Positions 17,518-27,192 of a stretch of DNA of 45,162 nucleotides are shown here, piece after piece. A program made the translations under genes and the position numbers. Numbering within the stretch: position 1 is the stretch's first letter; each line of letters begins with the position of its first letter. The DNA is taken from IMG/VR virus record IMGVR_UViG_2684623059_000002, one strand, 5' to 3'. The notes under the pieces were generated by a model, which saw only the letters and a list, made by a program, of their open reading frames with translations, was not told the origin of the DNA and made no database searches. The stretch is from a virus. Lineage: Duplodnaviria; Heunggongvirae; Uroviricota; Caudoviricetes.

Positions 17518-17951
17518 GCAGAGTCGCCGCGATTATCTCCATTCTGGTTATCTGCATCATCGTCTGCCTTTCATGGGCTGTTAATCATTACCGTGATAAC
17601 GCCATCGCCTACAAAGAGCAGCGCGATAAAGCCACATCCATCATCGCTGATATGCAGAAGCGGCAACGTGATGTAGCAGAACTTGACGCCAGATACACAA
17701 AGGAGCTTGCTGATGCTAATGCGACTATCGAAAGTCTCCGTGCTGATGTTTCTGCTGGGCGTAAGCGCCTGCAAGTCTCCGCCACCTGTGCAAAGTCAAC
17801 GACCGGAGCCAGCAGCATGGGCGATGGAGAAAGCCCAGGACTTACAGCAGATGCTGAACTCAATTATTACCGTCTCCGAGGTGGAATCGACAAGATAACC
17901 GCGCAGGTTAACTACCTGCAGGAATACATCAGGACGCAATGCCTGAATTAA
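17514..17951 (+). CDS. Rz: Rz i-spanin (GTG start overlapping the R stop)
   Basis: [31 protein letters not shown]... near-identical to lambda Rz N-terminus. Confidence 0.9.
17713..17898 (+). CDS. Rz1: Rz1 o-spanin lipoprotein embedded in the +1 frame of Rz
   Basis: [20 protein letters not shown] lipobox followed by proline-rich KSPPPVQ; nested within Rz as in lambda. Confidence 0.8.
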   Translation: MLMRLSKVSVLMFLLGVSACKSPPPVQSQRPEPAAWAMEKAQDLQQMLNSIITVSEVESTR

Positions 17952-17992
17952 TCCCTCTGTATCAAAAACGAACTCAATTTGTTGGATAGTGA

Positions 17993-18304
17993 ATGAAAAT
18001 TTATATTGCCGGGCCAATGACGGGATATGAGAACTTTAATCGTGACGCCTTTAATAAAGAGGCAGATCGTTTGTCACGACATGGTCACTCTGTCTTGAAT
18101 CCAGCCACTTTGCCTAATGGTCTGACACAACGTGAATACATGGATATTTGCTTTGCAATGCTTCGTTGTGCTGATGCTATTTTGATGCTTCCTGGCTGGA
18201 AAGCGTCTGCTGGAGCAACTGCTGAGTATCATTACGCATACAAGATGGAGATGCCGGTATTCACTACTCTGAATTACCCGCCAGCTTGTTCCTCTGCAGT
18301 ATAA
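17993..18304 (+). CDS. DUF4406-like protein (nucleoside 2-deoxyribosyltransferase-like fold), moron after the lysis cassette
   Basis: MKIYIAGPMTGYENFNRDAF...ADAILMLPGWKASAGA pattern matches the DUF4406 signature as recalled. Confidence 0.55.
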   Translation: MKIYIAGPMTGYENFNRDAFNKEADRLSRHGHSVLNPATLPNGLTQREYMDICFAMLRCADAILMLPGWKASAGATAEYHYAYKMEMPVFTTLNYPPACSSAV

Positions 18305-18499
18305 AAAATCTCTTTGTTTCTCGTGTGCGACCGTGGTCGCACGCTAAATTCCGCGCTGCATCGTCGCCGTATTCCCGCATTAACCATGACCGTAGCCCGA
18401 CGGGGAACTCCTCTGCGCTAGTGTGCGGAAATAATCAAAAACGATGCACACCGGGGTTTTACCGCGTTTATGATTCGTGGTTTTGTCCTTCATGCTCGC

Positions 18500-18540
18500 C
18501 AGTCCTGTGCGGGGGTGGAAGAAACAGGACTGTTTGTTCA
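18500..18540 (+). terminator. Hairpin plus T-rich tract (candidate plus-strand terminator)
   Basis: 9-bp inverted repeat CAGTCCTGT/ACAGGACTG with 15-nt loop followed by TTTGTT. Confidence 0.35.
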
Positions 18541-18547
18541 GTTATCG

Positions 18548-18952
18548 CTATATTAATGGCTTGTTGTTCTCAACATCTTCCATGTATAAAAGTGTATCAT
18601 CGACGGAGTAGTAGCGTCGTTTGTTATCGTTGACATCGGTAACCCATCGGAATACGCCTGCATTAGCCAGAGTTGTGGTAAATTCGCGGAATGTAGACTT
18701 TCCTGAATTATGAATTCGGGCAGCTTTTTTTACTTGCTCCGGATTCTTGATTATGCTGACTTTTAATAACTCCCTGTTGCCTCTGATTAATAAAGCTTCA
18801 GCATTTACAGTAATAGCTCTGATGTTATCAGTAGCCAGATAGTAAATATAATAAGCAATATTCTGGCGTTTCAGTCCTGAGTAAAACTGTGAAAAGTTAT
18901 GCTCCTTTCTTACTTGTTCAAACATTTCCCGGAGAACATCAACCTGGTCCAT
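18548..18952 (-). CDS. Hypothetical protein, YbcV/DUF1398-like moron on the opposite strand
   Basis: 134-aa ORF on minus strand between lysis genes and cos, same position and orientation as ybcV in DLP12. Confidence 0.55.
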   Translation of the reverse strand: MDQVDVLREMFEQVRKEHNFSQFYSGLKRQNIAYYIYYLATDNIRAITVNAEALLIRGNRELLKVSIIKNPEQVKKAARIHNSGKSTFREFTTTLANAGVFRWVTDVNDNKRRYYSVDDTLLYMEDVENNKPLI

Positions 18953-19071
18953 CAGCGTTATAACCTCTTGTTTGTTTTTACACGGTTAGTTTGCATGATT
19001 AGTTATATCACATCAATCTGGTCAGAGCACACATGAGCGCCGGGTCCTTTCCGGTGATCCGGTAGTTTACG

Positions 19072-19083
19072 GGGCGGCGACCT
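19072..19083 (+). other. cosN cohesive-end site (lambda-type 12-nt end GGGCGGCGACCT)
   Basis: Exact lambda cohesive end sequence followed by CGCGGGTTTTCGCTATTTATGAAAATTTTCCGG, matching the lambda left end. Confidence 0.9.
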
Positions 19084-19120
19084 CGCGGGTTTTCGCTATT
19101 TATGAAAATTTTCCGGGATC

Positions 19121-19219
19121 CATGTCCGGTTTCTCTGCAAGTTAACTATATGAAAAATATAAAAACAGGCTGTCCGTGAACCGGACATGTGCAAAAAACG
19201 GACATGTAAACCGGACATG
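19121..19219 (+). repeat. cosB-like terminase small-subunit binding repeats (CCGGACATG x3 direct plus one inverted) with AT-rich IHF-like spacer
   Basis: Motif at 19181-19189, 19198-19206, 19211-19219 and inverted at 19121-19129, between cosN and nu1. Confidence 0.7.
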
Positions 19220-19266
19220 ACCGGTTTTGTGCTGATTGTGAGGTAAGAGTTTTTGCGAGGTGAGGA

Positions 19267-19776
19267 GTGGCTACGCAGACTGAAGTTGCCAGGCATTTGA
19301 GTCTGACCGATCGCCAGCTTCGCAGATTGCAGAAATTACCGGGTGCCCCGGTCTCGAATAAGCGAGGGCAACTGGATCTGGATGCCTGGCGCGATTTTTA
19401 CATATCGTATCTGAGGAGAAGTAAAAACGATGTGCCTGATGGCGATAGCGAAGACGACTATGAGGAAAAATTGCTTATTGCCAGATGGGAACTGACAGCA
19501 GAACAGGCTGTTACACAGCAGTTAAAAAATGAGGTGTCAAAAGGAAAACTTATTGACACCGGGTTCTGTATTTTTGCCCTCAGTAAGCTGGCAATGGCGT
19601 TATCCAGTACGCTTGATTCCATCCCTTTATCCATGCAACGACAGTTTCCTGATTTAACACCGCGCCATCTTGACCATCTGAAAACCCTTATTGCGAAGGG
19701 GGCAAATCAGTGTGCGCGGGCGGGGGATAAATTACCGGATTTACTCGATGAATATATCAGAGCAACAACTGAATAA
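19267..19776 (+). CDS. nu1: Terminase small subunit (lambda Nu1 homologue)
   Basis: C-terminal region ...FCIFALSKLAMALSSTLDSIPLSMQRQFPDLTPRHLDHLK... parallels lambda Nu1. Confidence 0.9.
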   Translation: MATQTEVARHLSLTDRQLRRLQKLPGAPVSNKRGQLDLDAWRDFYISYLRRSKNDVPDGDSEDDYEEKLLIARWELTAEQAVTQQLKNEVSKGKLIDTGFCIFALSKLAMALSSTLDSIPLSMQRQFPDLTPRHLDHLKTLIAKGANQCARAGDKLPDLLDEYIRATTE

Positions 19777-21676
19777 TATGATGAGTGCTGTCACAACAGC
19801 ATTACAGCCCCTGATAAGGGCATTGCCGGTGACGCCAGTTGAATGGGCTGATCAAAATTATTATCTGCCGAAAGAATCTTCATATGGTGAGGGAGAATGG
19901 AAAACGCTGCCATTCCAGAGCGCCATTATGAACTGTATGGGTAACGACCAGGTTCGCACGGTTAACCTGATTAAATCTGCCCGTGTTGGCTATACAAAGA
20001 TGTTGCTGGGGGTGGTCGGGTATTTTATTGAGCATAAATCCCGAAACAGTCTGCTTTTTCAGCCCACGGATTCTGCCGCTGAAGATTTTATGAAGTCTCA
20101 CGTGGAGGCGACGATTAGGGACGTGCCATGCCTGAAAGACCTTTCCCCATGGCTGGGTCGTAAACATCGTGATAATACCCTCACGCTGAAACGCTTTTCA
20201 TCGGGTGTGGGCTTCTGGTGCCTGGGCGGCGCTGCCGCCAAAAACTACCGTGAAAAATCCGTGGACGTGGTCTGCTATGACGAGCTTTCCTCGTTCGAAC
20301 CGGATGTTGAAAAAGAGGGCTCGCCAACCCTGCTGGGGGATAAGCGTATTGAGGGCTCTGTATGGCCAAAATCCATTCGCGGCTCGACGCCTAAAATCAA
20401 AGGCACCTGTCAGATCGAAAAAGCGGCTAACGAGTCGGCGCATTTCATGCGTTTTTATGTGCCCTGCCCGCACTGTGGGGAGGCGCAGTATCTGAAATTT
20501 GGCGATGAGTCCACGCCTTTTGGGCTTAAATGGGAGAAGGACAGTCCCGAAAGCGTTTTCTACCTCTGTGAACATCATGGCTGCGTGATCCATCAGTCTG
20601 AACTGGACCAGAGCAACGGGCGGTGGATCTGTGAAAACACGGGCATGTGGACCCGTGACGGTCTGACGTTTTTCAGCGCTGCGGGTAATGAAATTCCGCC
20701 GCCGCGCTCCATCACTTTCCATATCTGGACGGCGTACAGTCCGTTCACCACCTGGGTACAGATTGTCTATGACTGGCTGGATGCACTGAAAGATCCCAAC
20801 GGCCTGAAAACTTTTGTGAACACCACGCTGGGCGAGACCTGGGAAGAGGCCGTGGGCGAAAAACTCGATCACCAGGTTCTGATGGATAAGGTTGTTCATT
20901 ACACGGCGGCGGTGCCTGCCCGGGTGGTTTATCTGACGGCGGGCATTGACTCGCAGCGAAACCGTTTTGAGATGTATGTCTGGGGATGGGCTCCGGGAGA
21001 GGAGGCCTTTCTGGTGGATAAAATTATCATTATGGGGCGTCCCGATGAGGAAGAGACGCTATTACGTGTGGATGCGGCGATCAACAAAAAATACCGCCAT
21101 GCAGACGGAACCGAAATGACCATTTCCCGTGTCTGCTGGGACATCGGGGGGATCGATGGCGAAATCGTTTATCAGAGGTCAAAAAAACACGGTGTTTTCC
21201 GGGTGCTGCCGGTAAAAGGCGCATCTGTCTATGGCAAGCCGGTGATCACCATGCCAAAAAACCGCAATCAGCGGGGCGTGTATCTGTGTGAAGTGGGGAC
21301 GGACACCGCAAAAGAAATTCTCTATGCCCGTATGAAAGCCGATCCCACGCCTGCGGATGAAGCCACGTCGTATGCCATCCGTTTTCCTGATGATCCGGAG
21401 ATTTTTTCGCAGACAGAAGCGCAGCAACTGGTGGCGGAAGAGCTTGTGGAGAAGTGGGAAAAAGGAAAGATGCGTCTGCTGTGGGATAACAAAAAGCGGC
21501 GTAACGAAGCACTGGATTGCCTGGTGTATGCCTACGCGGCATTACGTGTGTCCGTGCAACGCTGGCAGCTTGATCTGGCTGTACTGGCAAAATCCCGGGA
21601 AGAAGAGACGACCCGGCCAACCCTTAAAGAACTGGCAGCGAAGCTGTCCGGAGGAGTGAATGGTTACAGTCGCTGA
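19748..21676 (+). CDS. A: Terminase large subunit (lambda gpA homologue)
   Basis: MNISEQQLNN...VEWADQNYYLPKESSYGEGEWKTLPFQSAIM collinear with lambda A. Confidence 0.95.
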   Translation: MNISEQQLNNMMSAVTTALQPLIRALPVTPVEWADQNYYLPKESSYGEGEWKTLPFQSAIMNCMGNDQVRTVNLIKSARVGYTKMLLGVVGYFIEHKSRNSLLFQPTDSAAEDFMKSHVEATIRDVPCLKDLSPWLGRKHRDNTLTLKRFSSGVGFWCLGGAAAKNYREKSVDVVCYDELSSFEPDVEKEGSPTLLGDKRIEGSVWPKSIRGSTPKIKGTCQIEKAANESAHFMRFYVPCPHCGEAQYLKFGDESTPFGLKWEKDSPESVFYLCEHHGCVIHQSELDQSNGRWICENTGMWTRDGLTFFSAAGNEIPPPRSITFHIWTAYSPFTTWVQIVYDWLDALKDPNGLKTFVNTTLGETWEEAVGEKLDHQVLMDKVVHYTAAVPARVVYLTAGIDSQRNRFEMYVWGWAPGEEAFLVDKIIIMGRPDEEETLLRVDAAINKKYRHADGTEMTISRVCWDIGGIDGEIVYQRSKKHGVFRVLPVKGASVYGKPVITMPKNRNQRGVYLCEVGTDTAKEILYARMKADPTPADEATSYAIRFPDDPEIFSQTEAQQLVAEELVEKWEKGKMRLLWDNKKRRNEALDCLVYAYAALRVSVQRWQLDLAVLAKSREEETTRPTLKELAAKLSGGVNGYSR

Positions 21677-21866
21677 ACTGCAGGCGCTGCGTCAGGCGCG
21701 CCTTGATTTATTAACCGGTAAACGGGTGGTGTCTGTCCAGAAAGACGGTCGCAGAATTGAATATACGGCGGCTTCTCTGGATGAGCTTAACCGGGCGATC
21801 AATGATGCGGAGTCGGTACTGGGGACAACCCGCCGTCGCCGTCGTCCGCTGGGAGTGAGGTTATGA
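21660..21866 (+). CDS. W: Head-tail joining protein W
   Basis: LTGKRVVSVQKDGRRIEYTAASL matches lambda gpW. Confidence 0.9.
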   Translation: MVTVAELQALRQARLDLLTGKRVVSVQKDGRRIEYTAASLDELNRAINDAESVLGTTRRRRRPLGVRL

Positions 21867-23455
21867 AACGAACGCCTGTCCTGATTGATGTGAACGGCGT
21901 TCCGCTTCGGGAGAGCCTCAGCTACAACGGGGGCGGCGCAGGATTTGGCGGGCAAATGGCGGAGTGGTTGCCACCGGCGCAGAGTGCCGATGCAGCTCTG
22001 TTGCCCGCGTTGCGTCTGGGGAATGCCCGTGCAGATGATCTGGTACGCAATAACGGGATAGCGGCCAATGCGGTGGCACTGCATAAGGATCACATTGTCG
22101 GGCATATGTTTCTTATCAGCTACCGTCCGAACTGGCGCTGGCTGGGGATGCGGGAGACCGCGGCAAAAAGTTTTGTCGATGAGGTGGAGGCGGCCTGGTC
22201 GGAATACGCAGAAGGGATGTCTGGCGAGATCGACGTGGAAGGGAAACGCACGTTTACGGAATTTATCCGTGAAGGTGTGGGCGTTCATGCGTTTAACGGC
22301 GAAATCTTTGTGCAGCCGGTCTGGGATGCGGAGACCACGCAGTTATTCCGTACGCGTTTTAAAGCCGTGAGTCCGAAACGGGTGGACACGCCAGGACACG
22401 GTATGGGGAACCGCTTTCTGCGGGCCGGTGTGGAGGTCGATCGATATGGCCGTGCCGTTGCGTACCATATCTGTGAGGATGATTTTCCGTTCTCTGGTAG
22501 TGGACGATGGGAACGGATCCCGCGTGAACTTCCCACCGGGCGTCCGGCCATGCTGCATATTTTCGAGCCGGTGGAGGACGGGCAGACCCGTGGGGCTAAT
22601 CAGTTTTACAGCGTCATGGAGCGGCTGAAGATGCTGGATTCCCTGCAGGCAACACAGCTTCAGTCAGCCATAGTGAAGGCAATGTATGCAGCGACAATTG
22701 AAAGTGAACTTGATACCGAAAAGGCCTTTGAATATATCGCCGGTGCACCGCAGGGGCAGAAGGATAATCCGCTTATTAATATTCTGGAGAAGTTCTCCAG
22801 TTGGTATGACACGAATAACGTGACGCTGGGCGGCGTCAAAATTCCGCACCTTTTCCCCGGGGATGATCTGAAACTGCAGACTGTGCAGGATTCAGACAAT
22901 GGATTTTCGGCACTTGAACAGGCGCTGCTGCGGTATATCGCCGCCGGTCTTGGCGTTTCCTACGAACAGTTGTCCCGTGATTACTCGAAGGTCAGTTATT
23001 CAAGTGCCCGTGCATCCGCCAATGAGTCGTGGCGCTATTTTATGGGGCGGCGAAAATTTATTGCGGCCCGGCTGGCCACGCAGATGTTTTCCTGCTGGCT
23101 GGAAGAGGCTCTTCTTCGGGGGATTATTCGTCCGCCACGGGCGCGTTTTGATTTTTATCAGGCGCGATCAGCCTGGTCACGGGCAGAGTGGATTGGTGCC
23201 GGAAGAATGGCCATTGACGGGCTCAAGGAGGTTCAGGAATCAGTGATGCGCATTGAGGCCGGACTGAGCACGTATGAGAAAGAGCTGGCGTTGATGGGCG
23301 AGGATTATCAGGACATTTTCCGCCAGCAGGTCAGGGAATCTGCAGAGCGGCAAAAAGCCGGACTCTCACGTCCGGTGTGGATAGCGCAGGTGTATCAGCA
23401 GCAGATAGCGGAGAGTCGCAGGCCGGAAGAGGAGACAACACCACGTGAGACGTAA
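21863..23455 (+). CDS. B: Portal protein (lambda gpB homologue)
   Basis: 530-aa ORF in B position with lambda-like sequence. Confidence 0.9.
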   Translation: MKRTPVLIDVNGVPLRESLSYNGGGAGFGGQMAEWLPPAQSADAALLPALRLGNARADDLVRNNGIAANAVALHKDHIVGHMFLISYRPNWRWLGMRETAAKSFVDEVEAAWSEYAEGMSGEIDVEGKRTFTEFIREGVGVHAFNGEIFVQPVWDAETTQLFRTRFKAVSPKRVDTPGHGMGNRFLRAGVEVDRYGRAVAYHICEDDFPFSGSGRWERIPRELPTGRPAMLHIFEPVEDGQTRGANQFYSVMERLKMLDSLQATQLQSAIVKAMYAATIESELDTEKAFEYIAGAPQGQKDNPLINILEKFSSWYDTNNVTLGGVKIPHLFPGDDLKLQTVQDSDNGFSALEQALLRYIAAGLGVSYEQLSRDYSKVSYSSARASANESWRYFMGRRKFIAARLATQMFSCWLEEALLRGIIRPPRARFDFYQARSAWSRAEWIGAGRMAIDGLKEVQESVMRIEAGLSTYEKELALMGEDYQDIFRQQVRESAERQKAGLSRPVWIAQVYQQQIAESRRPEEETTPRET

Positions 23456-24950
23456 TCTTTCACACATTATTGCCGCAGCATTCAATGAACCGCTGCTTCT
23501 GGAGCCCGCCTATGCGCGGGTTTTCTTTTGCGCGCTCGGGCGCGAGATGGGGGCAGCAAGTCTTTCGGTACCACAGCAGCAGGTACAGCTTGATGCTTCC
23601 GGAATGCTGGCTGAAACGGACGAGTACATGGCCGGAGGTAAACGACCGGCCCGTGTTTACAGGGTGGTGAACGGTATTGCTGTACTGCCGGTGACCGGCA
23701 CGCTGGTGCACCGGCTGGGGGGTATGCGGCCATTTTCCGGAATGACAGGCTATGACGGTATTGTCGCCTGTCTTCAGCAGGCAATGGCGGATAGCCAGGT
23801 GCGGGGCGTACTGCTGGACATTGACAGTCCGGGCGGGCAGGCCGCCGGCGCGTTTGACTGCGCTGACATGATTTACCGCCTCCGTCAGCAGAAACCGGTC
23901 TGGGCACTGTGCAATGACACGGCCTGTTCTGCAGCCATGCTGCTGGCGTCGGCCTGCTCCCGACGGCTGGTTACCCAGACATCCCGTATCGGCTCCATTG
24001 GCGTGATGATGAGCCATGTCAGCTATGCCGGTCATCTGGCGCAGGCCGGTGTGGATATCACGCTGATTTACTCAGGGACGCACAAGGTGGATGGCAATCA
24101 GTTTGAAGCGTTGCCGGCAGAGGTTCGCCAGGATATGCAGCAGCGGATTGATGCGGCGCGCCGGATGTTTGCTGAAAAAGTGGCGATGTATACCGGTCTG
24201 TCTGTTGATGCCGTCACGGGAACAGAGGCCGCCGTTTTTGAAGGTCAGTCCGGCATTGAGGCCGGGCTGGCGGATGAATTAGTCAATGCGTCGGATGCCA
24301 TCAGTGTGATGGCCACGGCGCTGAACAGTAATGTCAGAGGAGGCACTATGCCGCAATTAACTGCAACGGAAGCCGCCGCGCAGGAGAACCAGCGAGTGAT
24401 GGGGATCCTGACATGCCAGGAAGCGAAAGGACGTGAACAGCTTGCCACGATGCTGGCAGGACAACAGGGCATGAGCGTTGAACAGGCCCGGGCGATTCTG
24501 GCCGCGGCGGCACCACAGCAGCCGGTGGCATCCGCGCAGAGTGAAGCCGATCGCATTATGGCGTGTGAAGAAGCGAACGGTCGTGAACAACTGGCGGCAA
24601 CGCTGGCGGCGATGCCGGAGATGACGGTGGAAAAAGCCCGCCCGATCCTGGCTGCTTCACCGCAGGCGGATGCCGGACCCTCACTCCGTGATCAGATCAT
24701 GGCACTGGATGAGGCAAAAGGGGCTGAGGCGCAGGCAGAACAGCTGGCTGCCTGCCCGGGAATGACTGTGGAGAGCGCCCGGGCTGTGCTGGCTGCGGGA
24801 TCAGGTAAGGCAGAACCGGTCTCTGCATCCACAACCGCCATGTTTGAACGCATCATGGCGAACCATTCACCGGCAGCGGTACAGGGTGGCGTGCCACAGA
24901 CGTCAGCAGACGGTGATGCGGACGTGAAAATGCTCATGGCCATGCCATGA
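23445..24950 (+). CDS. C: Head maturation protease/scaffold (lambda gpC/Nu3-like, S49/ClpP family) with three tandem ~45-aa C-terminal repeats
   Basis: Position after portal; C-terminal repeated units containing KGREQLA...MTVE.AR.ILAA. Confidence 0.85.
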   Translation: MRRNLSHIIAAAFNEPLLLEPAYARVFFCALGREMGAASLSVPQQQVQLDASGMLAETDEYMAGGKRPARVYRVVNGIAVLPVTGTLVHRLGGMRPFSGMTGYDGIVACLQQAMADSQVRGVLLDIDSPGGQAAGAFDCADMIYRLRQQKPVWALCNDTACSAAMLLASACSRRLVTQTSRIGSIGVMMSHVSYAGHLAQAGVDITLIYSGTHKVDGNQFEALPAEVRQDMQQRIDAARRMFAEKVAMYTGLSVDAVTGTEAAVFEGQSGIEAGLADELVNASDAISVMATALNSNVRGGTMPQLTATEAAAQENQRVMGILTCQEAKGREQLATMLAGQQGMSVEQARAILAAAAPQQPVASAQSEADRIMACEEANGREQLAATLAAMPEMTVEKARPILAASPQADAGPSLRDQIMALDEAKGAEAQAEQLAACPGMTVESARAVLAAGSGKAEPVSASTTAMFERIMANHSPAAVQGGVPQTSADGDADVKMLMAMP

Positions 24951-24986
24951 AGCCAGTGCTGACCATCAACAGGAGGTTTTTACAAT

Positions 24987-25334
24987 ATGGTGACGAAAAC
25001 CATCACTGAACAGCGTGCGGAAGTACGTATTTTTGCCGGTAATGATCCGGCTCATACCGCCACAGGCAGCAGCGGGATTTCCTCGCCAACACCGGCACTG
25101 ACGCCCCTGATGCTGGATGAAGCCACCGGGAAACTGGTGGTCTGGGACGGACAGAAAGCCGGTAGTGCGGTTGGCATACTGGTACTGCCGCTTGAAGGCA
25201 CAGAGACGGCGCTGACGTATTACAAGTCGGGAACCTTTGCGACGGAGGCAATCCACTGGCCTGAAAGTGTGGATGAACACAAAAAGGCCAACGCTTTTGC
25301 CGGCAGTGCCCTGAGTCACGCGGCGCTGCCGTAA
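24987..25334 (+). CDS. D: Head decoration protein D
   Basis: NDPAHTAT...TPLMLD...KLVVWDG...FAG motifs match lambda gpD. Confidence 0.9.
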   Translation: MVTKTITEQRAEVRIFAGNDPAHTATGSSGISSPTPALTPLMLDEATGKLVVWDGQKAGSAVGILVLPLEGTETALTYYKSGTFATEAIHWPESVDEHKKANAFAGSALSHAALP

Positions 25335-25391
25335 CACGTTATCAGGCCACCGCGGTGGCCTGACTGATTTCTGAATGAAAGGAACTGATTT

Positions 25392-26420
25392 ATGGGATTG
25401 TTTACGACCCGCCAGTTACTCGGTTATACCGAACAAAAAGTTAAATTTCGTGCGCTGTTTCTGGAGCTGTTTTTCCGCCGTACAGTGAATTTCCATACCG
25501 AAGAGGTGATGCTGGACAAAATTACCGGAAAAACGCCGGTGGCGGCCTATGTCTCCCCGGTTGTTGAAGGAAAAGTGCTGCGTCATCGTGGTGGTGAAAC
25601 CCGCGTGTTGCGTCCGGGCTACGTCAAGCCGAAACACGAATTTAATTACCAGCAGGCGGTTGAGCGCCTTCCTGGTGAAGATCCATCTCAACTGAATGAT
25701 CCGGCTTACCGCCGTCTGCGTATCATTACCGATAACCTCAAACAGGAAGAGCACGCGATTGTCCAGGTGGAAGAAATGCAGGCGGTAAATGCTGTGTTGT
25801 ATGGCAAATACACTATGGAAGGAGACCAGTTCGAGAAAATTGAGGTCGATTTTGGCAGGTCGACGAAGAATAACATCACTCAGGGTAGTGGTAAGGAGTG
25901 GTCAAAACAGGATCGTGACACGTTCGATCCTACACATGATATTGACCTCTACTGCGACCAGGCCAGCGGTCTTGTGAATATTGCCATTATGGACGGTACC
26001 GTCTGGCGTCTGCTGAATGGCTTTAAATTGTTCCGCGAAAAACTGGATACCCGTCGCGGCTCTAATTCGCAACTCGAAACAGCGGTGAAAGACCTGGGCG
26101 CGGTGGTGTCCTTCAAAGGGTATTACGGCGATCTGGCCATTGTGGTGGCAAAAACGTCTTATGTGGCAGAGGACGGTACCGAAAAACGTTATCTGCCTGA
26201 GGGCTCGCTGGTCCTGGGGAATACGGCAGCAGAGGGCATTCGTTGCTATGGTGCCATTCAGGATGCGCAGGCGTTGTCCGAAGGTGTGGTGGCCTCTTCC
26301 CGTTATCCGAAACACTGGCTGACGGTAGGGGATCCCGCCCGTGAATTTACCATGACGCAGTCCGCGCCGCTGATGGTGTTGCCGGACCCGGATGAGTTTG
26401 TGGTGGTACAGGTGAAATAA
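25392..26420 (+). CDS. E: Major capsid protein E
   Basis: Collinear with lambda gpE (PGYVKPKHE, EEMQAV, KEKLDTRRGSNS, TGDPAREFTM.QSAPLM). Confidence 0.95.
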   Translation: MGLFTTRQLLGYTEQKVKFRALFLELFFRRTVNFHTEEVMLDKITGKTPVAAYVSPVVEGKVLRHRGGETRVLRPGYVKPKHEFNYQQAVERLPGEDPSQLNDPAYRRLRIITDNLKQEEHAIVQVEEMQAVNAVLYGKYTMEGDQFEKIEVDFGRSTKNNITQGSGKEWSKQDRDTFDPTHDIDLYCDQASGLVNIAIMDGTVWRLLNGFKLFREKLDTRRGSNSQLETAVKDLGAVVSFKGYYGDLAIVVAKTSYVAEDGTEKRYLPEGSLVLGNTAAEGIRCYGAIQDAQALSEGVVASSRYPKHWLTVGDPAREFTMTQSAPLMVLPDPDEFVVVQVK

Positions 26421-26471
26421 TCCGTGAGCGGGGGCGGAATGCCCCCGTGTCTTTTTTCACAGGGGGATGAT

Positions 26472-26846
26472 ATGGCAACGAAAGAGCAAAATCTGAAACG
26501 GCTTGATGAACTGGCCCTGATTCTGGGGCGTGAGCCGGATATATCCGGGAGTGCCGCAGAGATAGCGCAGCGGGTGGCAGAATGGGAAGAGGAAATGCAG
26601 TCATCCGGCGATGATGTACAGGTTATGAATATGGATATCCGGGAGAGGGAAACCGCGGCTCATGATGTTCGTGAGGAAACATCCGGCGCGTTAACGCGCA
26701 TCAGAGTTCTGACCTGCCTCCATCTCTGTGGCGTTGATGGTAAAACGGGGGAATCCGTTGAGCTTGCGGATGTTGGTCGGGTGATTCTGATTATGTCCTC
26801 AGATGCAAAAACACACGTTGATGGCGGAATAGCTGTTTATGCGTGA
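26472..26846 (+). CDS. FI: DNA packaging protein FI
   Basis: Position and size; RBS AGGGGGA before MATKEQNLKRL. Confidence 0.75.
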   Translation: MATKEQNLKRLDELALILGREPDISGSAAEIAQRVAEWEEEMQSSGDDVQVMNMDIRERETAAHDVREETSGALTRIRVLTCLHLCGVDGKTGESVELADVGRVILIMSSDAKTHVDGGIAVYA

Positions 26847-27192
26847 TTTTCAGAATGCCTTTGATGCCGCCCTTGCCGGGGTGGACAGTACGATTGTTGA
26901 AGTGATGGGCATCAGTGCGCAGTTCACCTCCGGTGCACAGCGTGGCGGCGAGGTTCATGGCGTTTTTGACGATCCGGAGTCGCTGGGTTTTGCCAGTAGT
27001 GGGATCCGTATTGAAGGAAGCAACCCGTCATTATTTGTGCGGACGGATACGGTTCGTGCCGTGCGGCGTGGTGACACGCTGACCATTAATGGTGAGACGT
27101 TCTGGGTGGATCGTGTTTCTCCGGATGACGGGGGCAGTTGTTATCTCTGGCTGAACCGTGGGCAACCACCCGCAGTTAACCGGCGACGATAA
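26839..27192 (+). CDS. FII: Head-tail connector FII
   Basis: C-terminal ...WVDRVSPDDGGSC.LWL.RG.PPAVNRRR matches lambda FII. Confidence 0.9.
   Translation: MRDFQNAFDAALAGVDSTIVEVMGISAQFTSGAQRGGEVHGVFDDPESLGFASSGIRIEGSNPSLFVRTDTVRAVRRGDTLTINGETFWVDRVSPDDGGSCYLWLNRGQPPAVNRRR

Noticed and set aside
18286-18633. 115-aa plus-strand ORF after the DUF4406 gene
   Set aside because: Cys/Arg-rich translation with no RBS, spans an intergenic region with hairpins and overlaps the minus-strand gene
20198-20899. 233-aa minus-strand ORF inside the terminase large subunit gene
   Set aside because: Antisense shadow ORF inside a strongly supported gene
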